The position numbers were made by a program, and so were the translations under genes. Positions 23,886-35,627 of a stretch of 64,000 nt of DNA are shown in pieces. How positions within the stretch are numbered: the first letter of the stretch is position 1; each line of letters starts with the position of its first letter. Source of the stretch: Massalongia carnosa (lineage: Eukaryota); the NCBI GenBank assembly GCA_965645245.1, contig OZ287068.1:372001-436000 (forward strand), given 5' to 3'. Under the pieces are notes generated by a model. It searched no databases. It had not been told where the DNA came from and was given only the letters and a program-made list of their open reading frames with translations.

Positions 23886-26800
23886 ATGGACAGCGGCAAT
23901 GAACTAGTCTCATCACCAGATCCTCTGGCCGGAAATGAAGAAAACCTTGGAGCTTCATCACCATGCAAGAAAAGCTATGAGCAACTTAAATCAACGCCCA
24001 AGAAGCCTTTAGCGGATACAAGTAGTAGTGCGCGATTTCAGAGACTTTACATCACAACGCCGCTAGCCTCCGAGAATTGCAACGCCTCTCCTCTTAGATT
24101 GATCGCGGAAGCCGATAATCCGGCTAGTCCATGGCGAGTTCGTGTGACGGTAGAAGCGCAGCAAGAAGGGAAAGGCAAAAGTGCTAATCTATGGAACGCA
24201 CCTTCTAAAAGTCGTCTCGCCGAACGAACAGTTACGACAACGGTGCCTTTGAAGGATGGCGATGGCCAGTCCTCAAAGAAAATGCGGGGAAGACCTAGGA
24301 AGTCGCTGGATACTCCTCTGAAGAGATCTGGAACATTGAAGCCGAAACCAGTTGGATCGGCAGAAAAAAAAATCACGTCTGTTAACATTGGAGCGAAGGA
24401 TGACAGCTGTCAATCTTCAACTCCAGGACGGAGAAAGGCAGGCAGGCCAAGAAAAAGCTTGGAGCGCTTTACTGAAGGATCCGAGGCGCAAACAGAGGAC
24501 AAAGCGCAGAGAGCCAGCATGCATCAGACGAATAACAAAATAAGCTTGGAGAAGACGGGAGCTAAATGCACAAGAAGTTCGGGGAAAAGAAAGGCTGTTG
24601 TTCCTGAGAAATTTGATCTCCATTCTGCTCCTAGCCTAGAATCCACTCGGCATGTTCGAGAAAGACAAATGGGTAAAGATTACCTTGAAGGTATAGCGGA
24701 TTGTATGAATGCTCAAGCCGACCCGCATTTCGGCTCGCCTGACCCAACAGGCGACCATGCAGAATATGATTCCATACTTGAGAGTGAAGGCTTTAGTATG
24801 GTATCTGTCTCCTCGCTTCCATCGGCAAAACTGCACTCAAGTAGCGCGCTTCAACCTACCCTTAATGGCAAGGACACTATGTCAAATAAAGGAGGCGTCT
24901 TATCCTCATCAATTTTGAGCTTAGATTCGTCGACTTTAGATATCCGGAATGACTTACAGCAACACCACCAGAACCTTCAAACAACAGCTTCATCTGATTC
25001 CTCCTCGTCCATGGCTTTACAGCAGCTACCAATTACCCAACCACATAATACCCCTTTTATCATATCCACTACAAATTCAGTCCCACCATTGGCGAGGCCC
25101 TTAGCTCCACCACCATCTTCTCGACAGCTAGAAGAAGCTACTGATGGCACACCGAAAATCGACCGAGTTGTGCGAGCAGGGGTTGCGTTGCAGGGAGCAC
25201 TTAGTCCTTCAAGTGGAAGCTCCAAGGCCAGAGATGGAGCGCTGCAAGAGTATAGTAATTCTTCCGCTTCGACAGCGGAAGTATCCAAACAGGACACAAA
25301 AGATTTATTCAGCGGCTTCGGAGCGGGTACAAGGCGAGAACTGAGGGCTGGGTTAAGACTTGGAGAAGAGCTTGCTAAGAAAGAAGAATATTTAGAGCAG
25401 CTGAGACGCGTTAATTCCAAATCAGAAGATGATGTTTTTAGCCTAGAGTCATTAAGCACTCGGCCAAAGAGTAGCGTGAACTCAGGATATAGCCTCAAAT
25501 TACCAAGAACAGATTCAACGCCCTTATACCCCTTGCTCTCAAACAGTCAACTGCCAAGTCCTGAAAGAAGTGAAGAAGAAGACTGTGATGACGACCGAAT
25601 GAGTTGGAAATATGACACTTTAAGAAACACCGAAATCACAGCCATCCAGAGCGAGGGGCTGTCTAGAAACAATGAGGCATCAGTAGAGGTTGCTTCTAAC
25701 TTCGAAGGATCGACCATGGCTCGAGAGGAAGAAGAATACCGACTTGAAAGAGTAGCTGTGAGCAGACAGATTGAGATGGCAAACTCTAGCCAAGTCATTG
25801 TAATCCATAGTGATAGTGAGAATGATGAGTACGAAAGCGACGATGATGAAGGCAACGACATATGGCAGGAGCAAGCTCATTCAAGTGATGCTGTTTTTAA
25901 GCAGGAGACGGAAAGTTCTTTCCAGCTTTTTCAAACCCAGGTTTCTAAGCCACGTCGAAGCCAGATACCCAGTCCTTGGCGGCGGCATAACCCTATCACT
26001 ACAGCCACTCAGAAGGTTACAAACGATACGGACCTGTTTTGGCAACCAAGCCTAATGGTCAACTCTGCTGCTGCAGGCAAGGAGACTCTCAACGATGTTG
26101 ATTGTATGGATTCTGTGCCTCAGACTTCTTCAGAAAAAAGCATTGTACAGGATAATGATGTTAATGGCAGCAGCAGATCCTTGTGTGGACAGGAGACTAT
26201 TCTCAGTAGCCCCGACCAAGGCAGTAAGCATGTGCTACAGAAAATTAATACTGGTATAAGCCAGGAAAACGTGCTTCTACCAGATGGATTGAACAACGAA
26301 GATAATGAAAGCTGGAAGTCGTCCATCCACGAAACCGTGGACAGCCAAGAGTATACTCCACACGAATTTACGAATGAAATCGATTCGTCATTCACTCAGG
26401 CCTCTTCAGAAGCTGTTACTTTGGAGAAAACTGTTGATCTCGTTTCAATCACGAAAAAAATAGAAGCCGTCTCTTGCACAAACCTTATCGACATAGAATC
26501 CAGCACAAAGAAAACAGAACCGATTATCCTCCAGCCTACACCAGCTACATCAACATCTTCTGCATCCTGGTTCGGTTACCTTGCTAGTTTCATCCCTATT
26601 CGGCGCGATGCCCCTTCAGCCGCTCCAGCCGCTCCAGCCGCAGCCACTTCATTCCGCCTTCCTAACGGCAAGACGAAGCTCTTTCGATCGGGTTGTTCCG
26701 AAGGACCTCTCTGCCTGTACACGCCATGGACCGACGATCACTATGACGCGCTCTATTTCCACTACGCGGCCTGGAAAGAAGGCCGTAGACGGTACAAGTT

Positions 26801-27116
26801 CAACCGCAAGAGTCCATCGGCGCCGTTCGTCGGGGAGGTGATTCGATGGAAGGGTTGGGAAAAGCCGGTCACGAAGGAAGAGGTAGCGGTGGTGGATGCA
26901 TTCATGATTGACTTGGGGCGGCGTGGGCATGCAGAACGTGCAAAGGGAGGGAGATTGATCGATGACAAGATGGTGCGGTTTTATCTGTTCAAGCTTTGGC
27001 GCGGGGGAGTGCTGCGCGGGGAGTGTGAGGTCGGCATTGGGAAGACGGGGTGGGCGGAGAATGGCAAGGAGATGTGGATGCCAGAGATGGAAGATTGGTA
27101 TCAGGGGAACCAATAG
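23886..27116 (+). CDS. Large, mostly disordered fungal protein with two AT-hook motifs
   Basis: Intron-less 1076-aa ORF; RGRPRKS and AGRPRKS AT-hooks; short conserved-looking islands SPWRVRVTVEA, ESEGFSMVS and FSGFGAGTRRELRAGLRLGEEL; folded W-rich C-terminal region. Confidence 0.8.
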   Translation: MDSGNELVSSPDPLAGNEENLGASSPCKKSYEQLKSTPKKPLADTSSSARFQRLYITTPLASENCNASPLRLIAEADNPASPWRVRVTVEAQQEGKGKSANLWNAPSKSRLAERTVTTTVPLKDGDGQSSKKMRGRPRKSLDTPLKRSGTLKPKPVGSAEKKITSVNIGAKDDSCQSSTPGRRKAGRPRKSLERFTEGSEAQTEDKAQRASMHQTNNKISLEKTGAKCTRSSGKRKAVVPEKFDLHSAPSLESTRHVRERQMGKDYLEGIADCMNAQADPHFGSPDPTGDHAEYDSILESEGFSMVSVSSLPSAKLHSSSALQPTLNGKDTMSNKGGVLSSSILSLDSSTLDIRNDLQQHHQNLQTTASSDSSSSMALQQLPITQPHNTPFIISTTNSVPPLARPLAPPPSSRQLEEATDGTPKIDRVVRAGVALQGALSPSSGSSKARDGALQEYSNSSASTAEVSKQDTKDLFSGFGAGTRRELRAGLRLGEELAKKEEYLEQLRRVNSKSEDDVFSLESLSTRPKSSVNSGYSLKLPRTDSTPLYPLLSNSQLPSPERSEEEDCDDDRMSWKYDTLRNTEITAIQSEGLSRNNEASVEVASNFEGSTMAREEEEYRLERVAVSRQIEMANSSQVIVIHSDSENDEYESDDDEGNDIWQEQAHSSDAVFKQETESSFQLFQTQVSKPRRSQIPSPWRRHNPITTATQKVTNDTDLFWQPSLMVNSAAAGKETLNDVDCMDSVPQTSSEKSIVQDNDVNGSSRSLCGQETILSSPDQGSKHVLQKINTGISQENVLLPDGLNNEDNESWKSSIHETVDSQEYTPHEFTNEIDSSFTQASSEAVTLEKTVDLVSITKKIEAVSCTNLIDIESSTKKTEPIILQPTPATSTSSASWFGYLASFIPIRRDAPSAAPAAPAAATSFRLPNGKTKLFRSGCSEGPLCLYTPWTDDHYDALYFHYAAWKEGRRRYKFNRKSPSAPFVGEVIRWKGWEKPVTKEEVAVVDAFMIDLGRRGHAERAKGGRLIDDKMVRFYLFKLWRGGVLRGECEVGIGKTGWAENGKEMWMPEMEDWYQGNQ

Positions 27117-28399
27117 ATGGACGAGGGTGATTTCGTTTCCTCCCGATGAAACCACTGGTAAATAACAAGATAGATGTGGGGAAAATGTACATATGTAACC
27201 AATCAGATGATGCATAGTCCTCATCCAGGGGCATTATTATTTCTGCACAGCCGTTGGAGATACGTTGCGCCCTTTTAAGAGCGGAAGAGTGATCACCAAC
27301 GCAATCCCACTTCATACAAATAGAACTACCCCAGCTCCCTCTCCGGTGGGAAAAAAACGGAACATGGACCCCGAACCCGTACAGAGTAACTACCCATGTA
27401 CATATGTAGTTAGTTAATCGTAAAGGGATGCGCGGCTGGGAAAACCCGGAAAACGAATAACTTCGGGTAACTATTGGAGGGGGGTGTTAAGGATTGGGAA
27501 AGTGAGGTCATGGAATTGGTTGGTTGGTTTAATGGACGATAACTTAAGTGATTAAATTTAAGTACTCTGCAGTTTATTTTTACATTTAATTTTTTTTGGA
27601 GAGCGAGGAAGAGTTCTAATATGATATTAGGTTGATTGTTGTGCTTTAGCTAGCTCCATTACGAGGAGATTCTGCGGATGGGAATGTATCTTTTCCTTCC
27701 GTCTCCACGGCGCGACCTATAGATAGGTATGCCGTTTTTGAGAGAGTTGATGCTTCGTTCCAGTTTAATTCTTCTCTATCTTTGTGTCGAGCCCTTTCGT
27801 TTCTTCCTTTCATTCCCTATGTATTCCTCCCTCTTGCCCCCTTCCCCTCCAAGCAGTTATGTACTCCCTCCTTCTTTTTACCCCTAGCCCCTTTTCCCGA
27901 AAAAAAAGAAGAAAAAACAAAAAAAGCACCACAAACCTTGAAAACACCTCGCCCGAAACAATAAATCCTCCCATGAAAATCTCCCAAAAGCTCGGAAATC
28001 TACAATCATCATGGATCAGGAGCCGGCTTCGGAGCAGCTCCATCTGCCAGCCGAGCCTTGAACACCTCAGTTGGCTCGAGGATCCGCGCCCTATCCACAG
28101 GGGCCGCTTCCGTTCCCGGCAGCACCCGATCGGGCTGCTTGGGAGGCGCGGGAGGCTGCGGACAGGTGGTGCTGATGTCGCCTTTGTGGCTGGAGGGGCG
28201 CCCCATTCGCAGGTGCGGTCCGGAGGCCTGGTGAAATGGCTTTGCTGGTAGATGGCCAATTGCATGCCCGAAGGGAAGAGAAGGGTAGAGCATGATGGTG
28301 GGGCCTGCGATCTGTTTTGTGTGGTTTTTTAATAGTAAAAAAATAGGCAAGACAACAACAGGCATTTGGGGGGATTCAATTCCATTTTCACAGCTTACC

Positions 28400-29400
28400 T
28401 CGTTTCGCCTTTCCCAATGCCTCGGAAAAAGTGCTTGCCGCCGTGCTACCCGCCATGATGCTTCGGGTTATGGATAGGGTACAGGCTTAAAGGGTAAGGT
28501 TGACTACAGTGTTCAGCATGCTCTTGGAAACCCAATGCTCTATCGTGAAACCGATCGCGATTACGCAGGTCCTTGCGGAGGAATTTTGGGTTAATTTGTC
28601 CGCGAGAAAATTATGCGGGACACGACCCCCCGCCGGGGACGAAGGGGGGGATTGGGAGGGGATGGTGGCAGCAACGAAAAATGATCTCTTACCATTGAAA
28701 CTCCATGGGCAATACTTCGATCCGGCCTACGGACCGGGTCTGGGCTAAGAATAGCAATGGTCATGAAGTTGAAGACATCTGTTCTGTGATGATTGGATAT
28801 TAGCAGCAAATGACATGGGCTCCTAATCGTGAAGGCAACTCACGATTCGCTGAAAAGGTGACTCGGACAAACGTCAAGTATACTATCATAACTCAGTATC
28901 CCGTATGCACCAATCCTATCAGGAATAACGCAGCTAGCTACTAGCTAGACTGCCACAGCAAGTATGAAAGGAATTCTGAAACGTGAGATCGAGTTTTCAT
29001 CAAAGGTCTCGTTGACGACGATCCTACAGTCTAGATGAGCCAGATCTTGATATGTGATCGGCACCAGGATCCCTAGCGGTTGAATGTTCGCTACTTCAGC
29101 TGGCCATCAACTCACGTACGTGCTGTCGTAGTATGTGGCGCGAGATGAACCACGTGGCATCTGATTGATTGTAGCTTGAGAGGCTTCTACCCGAAGGTTT
29201 CTTCCCATATCCGGGTCGCAGTACGATAACTGGCGCCCTTCCTCATTGACTAATCGATAAGGAGGTTCTTCAACATCATAATCTCCTCCTGATGTCGTCC
29301 AGAAGTTTTCGGTAGTGACGCAAGGAAATAGACGGAGGCGCAAATAGTAATACAGTCTACGATTCTGCAAAGAAACCAACGATCCTTGCTATGATTGTAT
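28400..29400 (-). pseudogene. Possible degraded multi-exon gene for a small Cys-containing secreted (KP4-like?) protein
   Basis: Fragments YCDPDMGRNLRVEASQATINQMP and VLPMEFQW|TCVIAIGF, the latter joined across a GTAAG...AG intron (about 28693-28573); downstream frames contain stops. The family assignment is pattern recall only. Confidence 0.3.
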
Positions 29401-29958
29401 CTGACGAACATATTTATTTCTTTGCCCTTGAGACAGATTCTGGGAACCTCGTATTATAAAGAATATACTGATATGCAGGTTTAAATTCCGCGGGTATGGT
29501 AATAGAAACAGCGTTTAATATTCATGCTTATGCCATACTCCTTTAGACCATCGAATCGAACGATAATTGCGATACACTGATGAAACCTGACTTGAAGCGC
29601 TTTTTCATCCCAACCAGTGCGATCGAGTCTCTAGAAACGCAAAGCTTGAAACCACTCAAACACGGACTGAATCATTAATGAGCTAAACAAACCGCAGCAA
29701 GAAAAACAAGAACAGAAAAGACGGGTTTATATGTTTTACTCATTACGTATCCTTGAAGGTCCTATGCCTTGTTTCTGACTTGTAGCGAGAGGTCCGATAG
29801 TATCGAAAATTCCGCTTAGATGAAAATTAGGAGTAAGGGCACAACGTTTTCAAGCGAGACGATCCATGTAAACATATGCAATCGCGAGGTTAGAGCAGCG
29901 ACTCCTCGAAACGAATGTAAGGGAAGAAGGGATGTACTTCCCAAATTACGGGTCACGT

Positions 29959-30996
29959 TCATTCCATATAAATTTCCTCCCGCAGTCTCTGCAAATTCCG
30001 CAAAAACCCTGGCCCAACCCCCCCATCTCCGCCACCTGAAACTTCCGTAGTCTCCGCTCGTTTCTTGTTGTCCACGACCGGCGGTCCTACTCCCTTTCCA
30101 CCCCCCTGCCGCCCCTGCCTTCGCTTCCACTCTTCCTCCACCAATGCTTCCAAACCATCTACGAATTTCCCCCTTGCTTTCTCCTCTCCAGTTCCTTTCC
30201 AAACACGGACACAATCCTTCAACTCCCTTACCCTCTCCGTCGCTCGCTGCAGACCGTTCTTCCCGTCCACTAGCCCAGCGTCCTCGCTCAGCAGATCAGC
30301 AATTTCGTACCGCAGTCGACTGCATGCCGCTTGACCTTTCGCCTCCAACGTAGGATCCGCGGGCAAGGAAACAGAGATGAGCGAAGATGAAGGGCCAGGG
30401 AGGAGCGAGGGGGGGAAGGGCCAAGAGAGAGCCAGAGAGAAAGTTTGAGTGACAGAAGTTAGAAGGGTGCGTACGTGTAGAAGGGTACGAAGAGGAGCAA
30501 TGAGTTGTTCGGAGTTATGTGACGACTGTGCCGTGAGGTTGCGGGGTGGTTCGAGCGCTTGACTAGTTAATTTATCGTAGTGTGGTGTTTCTAACGAGTC
30601 GTTCGTAGCGGCTTCCAGATCTTGCGGCATGAACTGCAAGAAAGCGGCATGAAGGCTGCCTGGCTGATTCAAGCTGTCAGAAAGGGAGAGAGCCTCACCG
30701 CGGAGGAGCTCCACGTCGTAAGCGAGGCGAGGCGATGCGCGGAGGATCTCGTCGGTGAGGGTATTAAGGGTTTCAGAGAGCCGGGTAGATTGAGCAGTGA
30801 GAGTTGAGACATGAGATTGGGTTTGGGAAGCTAAAGCTGAGAGGGAGGTAGGGGGTATTTTGGAGGTGGAAAGGGGGGAGGGGGAGGGGAGAGTGGCGTT
30901 CAGATAGTCAAGAGGGGAGAATTCAGGGGAGAGGAATTGCTGCAAGCTAGGTTCTCTGATATGAGTGAGATGCGTGACTGCTGAAGACGATGGCAT
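29959..30996 (-). CDS. Conserved-looking fungal helical protein, possibly a CATCHR/COG-type tethering subunit
   Basis: 345-aa ORF; N-terminal FLSPEFSPLDYLN resembles the FxxxxFxxxxY/F motif of Vps51/COG subunits, followed by a coiled coil; C-terminal GFLRNLQRLREEIYME. Confidence 0.6.
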   Translation of the reverse strand: MPSSSAVTHLTHIREPSLQQFLSPEFSPLDYLNATLPSPSPLSTSKIPPTSLSALASQTQSHVSTLTAQSTRLSETLNTLTDEILRASPRLAYDVELLRGEALSLSDSLNQPGSLHAAFLQFMPQDLEAATNDSLETPHYDKLTSQALEPPRNLTAQSSHNSEQLIAPLRTLLHVRTLLTSVTQTFSLALSWPFPPSLLPGPSSSLISVSLPADPTLEAKGQAACSRLRYEIADLLSEDAGLVDGKNGLQRATERVRELKDCVRVWKGTGEEKARGKFVDGLEALVEEEWKRRQGRQGGGKGVGPPVVDNKKRAETTEVSGGGDGGVGPGFLRNLQRLREEIYME

Positions 30997-31855
30997 TATG
31001 ATATCCTTAATGGTGATAATGATACCTCATTACGGATGGTTGGGGGACGGGTCGGCTTAGAAGATCTCTTCGAGAACGGAACTGGAAAAATAAGATCCCG
31101 CACGGTTGATATGAGTACTGAGCTAAGCTTAGCTCGATCTGGCTAGCTAAGTAGAATAACCTAGCTTAGTTAGCTTGCCCGTCGGCTGTCTTTAGTTTAG
31201 CGTTGTACAGGGTACGCTAAGATAACGATAAGATCCATAATCAGAGATGTCACGTGCCATTGCCTTTTCCTCTGCCTTCAGCCTTGCCTTTCATCAATTT
31301 CCCGCCGGAGCATTTGCTGCTCGACAATATCAAAAAAAAGTCCTCCTCATTTGATTACTTAGAACGAGATATTTGTAGTCTGTTGTGGCTTCAGCCTCAC
31401 CTGCCCGCACTTAGATGGGGAGGAAAACACTCCCTATTATTATATGCTACCGATTGACCGGCTAGTGTTCCTATCATCATTCGCTGTGAAATCACTGTTA
31501 CGCTCCCAACCTCATGATATACTACGACCTTTGGCCAGATCGATGCGGAGGAACCCCCACAAATTGATGCCCAAAAAGCACACTGGTTGATTGCCGGACC
31601 ATTCTATTGAACGTGATGAAGACTTCGCTTCATCTCAATGTCGAGTAAACTCAAAGATCATCCACACATCTTCCTGAGAATCTGACCCTTTCACATCGCA
31701 CTTGGCTGCGTACTGTTTTTCCTTTATCAAGAGGTAACATATTTAACATTTTCTCCTACTATCACCCTTCATTGTCTTCCTCATCCTCAGGCTTCCCTTT
31801 CCCCGGCCTAAGCTTCATTGAAATATCCCATCCATCCATTTCGCCTATCGACATC

Positions 31856-34800
31856 ATGCCTCGCAAAGCCTTTGTGGCCGATTTACAGGAAGCTATTCGA
31901 GAGTTTGAAAGCGAGAATCTGTCGGATCTGAAGGCTGGAGACGAAGATGGTACGATCACCTTTAAATATCATGGACCCTGTTCGCAAGGCACTACAGTAC
32001 AAGCAATCATTCCCGGTAAGGTAATTCGAATAGATGCGTTAAAAATCATGGATCGATGCTGATAGCATGTGTCATTCTAGACGTTGGGGATTATCCAACA
32101 GATCACACTTACATCCTTTGCACAGCCTCGCAGCATGTACCGGAAAGCATTAGCTTAGCTTTGACAGACATTGGAGAGTTTAACGGCATCAAAGTGTCAC
32201 AGATGCTATCCAAGGTCGTCAAAGTCCTTGACAAGGCTACACAAACGTCTCGCTATGATCTTGACGGTGATATACCGATGATCGATACCGATTCGGAACC
32301 TGAGGAAGAAGACCCAGACAGCCAGGACGAAGAACATGAAGGCCTCGTGTGGTCTCCCCAGTCTCCTCGGCGCCACGCAAATGCCGGTATTGACCCTGCC
32401 TTTTTGCGGCCAGAAGATCGCTCGGTGGTACTAGCTCTTAACGACAGAATACGAAGAGATCTCCGGGCCGTAAAGACTGCTGGCTTTCGTGTTGGTCATC
32501 TTGGTGTTCTCATGAACAATGGCCAAGATGCATTTGTTACCGTTTCCTGCCGCGTGGCAAAGTTAGGGATCTCCGAGGAGGCATTGCAAGCATGGAATCT
32601 TGATCCGTGCAAGTACTTCCTCCTCATTATCCGTTACACAGCTGGTTATCGATCGATGGAGCGCCTCATGGCGGATGAGACATTCGGAGCCAAAACCACG
32701 GAAATACGTGTAGGGCTCAGCCAGAGCTATAAGATTCAGCTTGGACAAGCAATTGATGCCTTCAGTCACTCCCGGGGCGGGAGCAAGGAAACAGAGTCCA
32801 GTGAGCTACAAAATGGCCAAACGCTCAAGGATCGAGGTCTCGATCCACTTTTCATAGCCAGACCCCTCGAGGAGCTTATAAACGATCGTCTTATTGCGCT
32901 CCTGAGATACAGAACTGATCAGGGGCTTCCTTGGGGCGGAGCAGAGGAATTTTATAACGATCATCAAGGCCGCAACGTTCAGGCTGTAGATGCATCGGAT
33001 GCCAAGTACTGGGCTCCAGACGACTCCAACCTTGCTAAAAGTCTGCCCGCTCTCGTTACCTCAGATCATCTCACCCAATGTACGAGTGAGTGCTCATTTC
33101 CGCTGCTTGCTATGCAGTTTGCACTTCGACACCTCGTTAGATGCACGGAATTCTGTCTTGTGTGCCACTGCAGGGTAGAGGCAGACTTTGAGGCGTTGAA
33201 GCCTTATGTATGCTCCAAGCCGCTTTGTCTTTATCAATACATGGCTCTAGGTTTTGGGCCAAGCATAGAACACGAAATCGTCTCGCAGCCTCATGTGGTA
33301 GACCTTCTCGTCAGCTTTTGTTATTCTAGCTCTTACCATCACAAACTCTCCAGTCTTCCGATCGGAATGGGCCTTAGCGTACCACAACCTTCGCTGATGC
33401 CAAACTGGGCACCACCCAGCGATAGGAATTCATATATGCCATTTCCGCCTCTGGGGGCAAAAATCCCCGCCGTAGACCTTGGCCACACCACCGTTCAGCA
33501 ACCTCCTTCTATGGCGCTGGCTTCGGCAACTCCAACAAAACGCTCAGTGAGGCTGGATCTAGTAAAACTGGAGCTTATTTTCCCTCCTGGAGTTAAAACT
33601 CTCCGTGTAGGTCAATGGATTTATCTCACAGTTAAGTCGGCTTCGGAAGAGCGATTCCACTGCCGAGTAATTGAAGCAATGCATCCTACCGTCCGGTTAG
33701 GAACGCCGGTTTTACGGACTTGTGTCGATAGATACGTGCATCGAGCCTCTGTGAGCGTTAAAGATTCCCGCAGTTTCGACGGAAAATCTAGTTCACTTCC
33801 ATATCAGCCTCCATGCAATCGTCCCGGACTAGGATCAGATTTTACACCAGCTGCAACCCCTCCACCAGGTGAAATTTCCTCTCAATGCGATGCTGAGTTC
33901 ATCATCTACGACCAGAACTTTGATGACCTTTCCGATTGGGACAAGCAATATGCAATCTGCACCTTGTTGGAGACATTGCCTAGCGTCAAGCAGATGAAGG
34001 ATTTCTTGCAGTGCAAGACCGGCAAAGACACGTCACTCCGTGCCTGGTCCGATCGAATATCCCCTGCGGCGTTAGGTGTACTTCGATGGATCATTGCATC
34101 AAACCGATCCTGTATCATTCAAGTTGACAATATTAATGGAGATGCCAGCAAGTCGGAGGAGAGGGTGTCGGGTATGCCGCAGTGGATGCAGTTTCGATTT
34201 GCCCAAGGAGCCCCAGACAAGGAACAGAGGTTTGTTATGTCTGTGCGGCAAGAAGCAAACAACCTGTCGTACCCCACATTGTTCGCCTGGCATGGGAGCC
34301 CTTTGCACAATTGGCATGGAATCGTTCGAGAGGGCCTGCACTTTCAACATACGGCCCATGGACGAGCCTTTGGGAACGGTGTATACCATGCACTTGATGT
34401 CGCGACGAGTATAGGGTATTCCGGAGGACTTGGGCGCGTACACCATCAGTACTCTATCGAGCAGCAAAGCATCAATGCTGGAGAGTGGCCGCAAAGCCAA
34501 CTGAGGATAACAGACGCGGTTGCCTTGAATGAAATCGTCAACGCACCGGAGCGGTTTGTAAGCCGAAGTCCTCATCTTGTGGTAGCGCAATTGGATTGGA
34601 TTCAATCACGCTACTTGTTTGTAAAGTGTCATCTAACTGAACCAGTCGGGCAAGAAACGCCTCCAACTCAAGCATATGCGCAAGACCCAACTTGGACCCC
34701 GTTAGGGGTGTGTTGGGAGAAGATCATTATTCCCATCACAGCCGTGAGCAAATCTAGGCGGCCGGTAACGAAACAGATCAAGAATGGAAACAAAAGGGCA

Positions 34801-35627
34801 AAGGTGCACATAAATGGTGGATTAGAGTATGATGACGCAATTGTTCTTAGCGATGATACCGATGTCGACGATGTCATTATGTTGCTCTCGGATGATGAGT
34901 GTCTGCTGCCACCTCAAAGCCAGGCTTCGCAGCATGTTCACAATGTCCCCAAGACAGACTTCATACCTGGCGCGCTCGATCATGACATGCTACCTCTACT
35001 TCCCCCGCCGGCATACGCAACGTCAATGGCTACCAGGTCCCTACAGCGGGAATTAAACAACACGTTGCAGATACAAAACAGCCATTCAGCCCACGAATTG
35101 GGATGGTACATCGACCCGGAACTTGTTGAAAACGTGTATCAATGGATTGTTGAGCTCCATTCATTCGAACCCCATTTACCCCTTGCAAAGGACCTGGCAG
35201 CGAAAGGCCTGAAGAGCGTAGTTCTTGAAATCCGCTTTGGAAAGGATTATCCCATTAGTCCGCCCTTTGTCCGAGTCATTCGTCCGCGCTTCTTGACTTT
35301 CCTGGCCGGCGGTGGAGGCCATGTCACCGCTGGCGGTGCTTTGTGCATGGAGCTTTTGACCAATTCTGGGTGGAGTGCAGTGTCGAATATCGAGTCCGTG
35401 TTGCTACAGGTTCGATTGGCTATATCGTCAACGGATCCGCAGCCGGCTCGGCTGGAGCAGGGGCGCGTGGGGGATTATGGGGCAGCGGAAGCCGTGGAAG
35501 CTTTCTTACGGGCATGCCACGCTCATGGGGTAAGTGATCACAACTTCCAATCGAGATGTGAAACTAATGGAAGAAAAAGTGGGAAGTCCCAAAAGATTTT
35601 AGATCCACGTTTTCCGCTTCAAATTGA
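31856..35627 (+). CDS. PARP6/8-like mono-ADP-ribosyltransferase fused to a C-terminal UBE2Q-type ubiquitin-conjugating (E2) domain
   Basis: Start MPRKAFVADLQEA; introns 32016-32080 and 35530-35579. C4 finger CLVCHC...KPYVCSKPLCLYQY; ART motifs FAWHGSPLHNWHGIVREGL and GRAFGNGVYHA; E2 motifs YPISPPFVRVIRPRF and GGHVTAGGALCMELLTNSGWS. Confidence 0.9.

Noticed and set aside
1306..35627. ZNFX1 E3 and PARP-E2 as one physically clustered defence system
   Set aside because: They are about 24 kb apart and separated by housekeeping genes; no sequence evidence of co-regulation.
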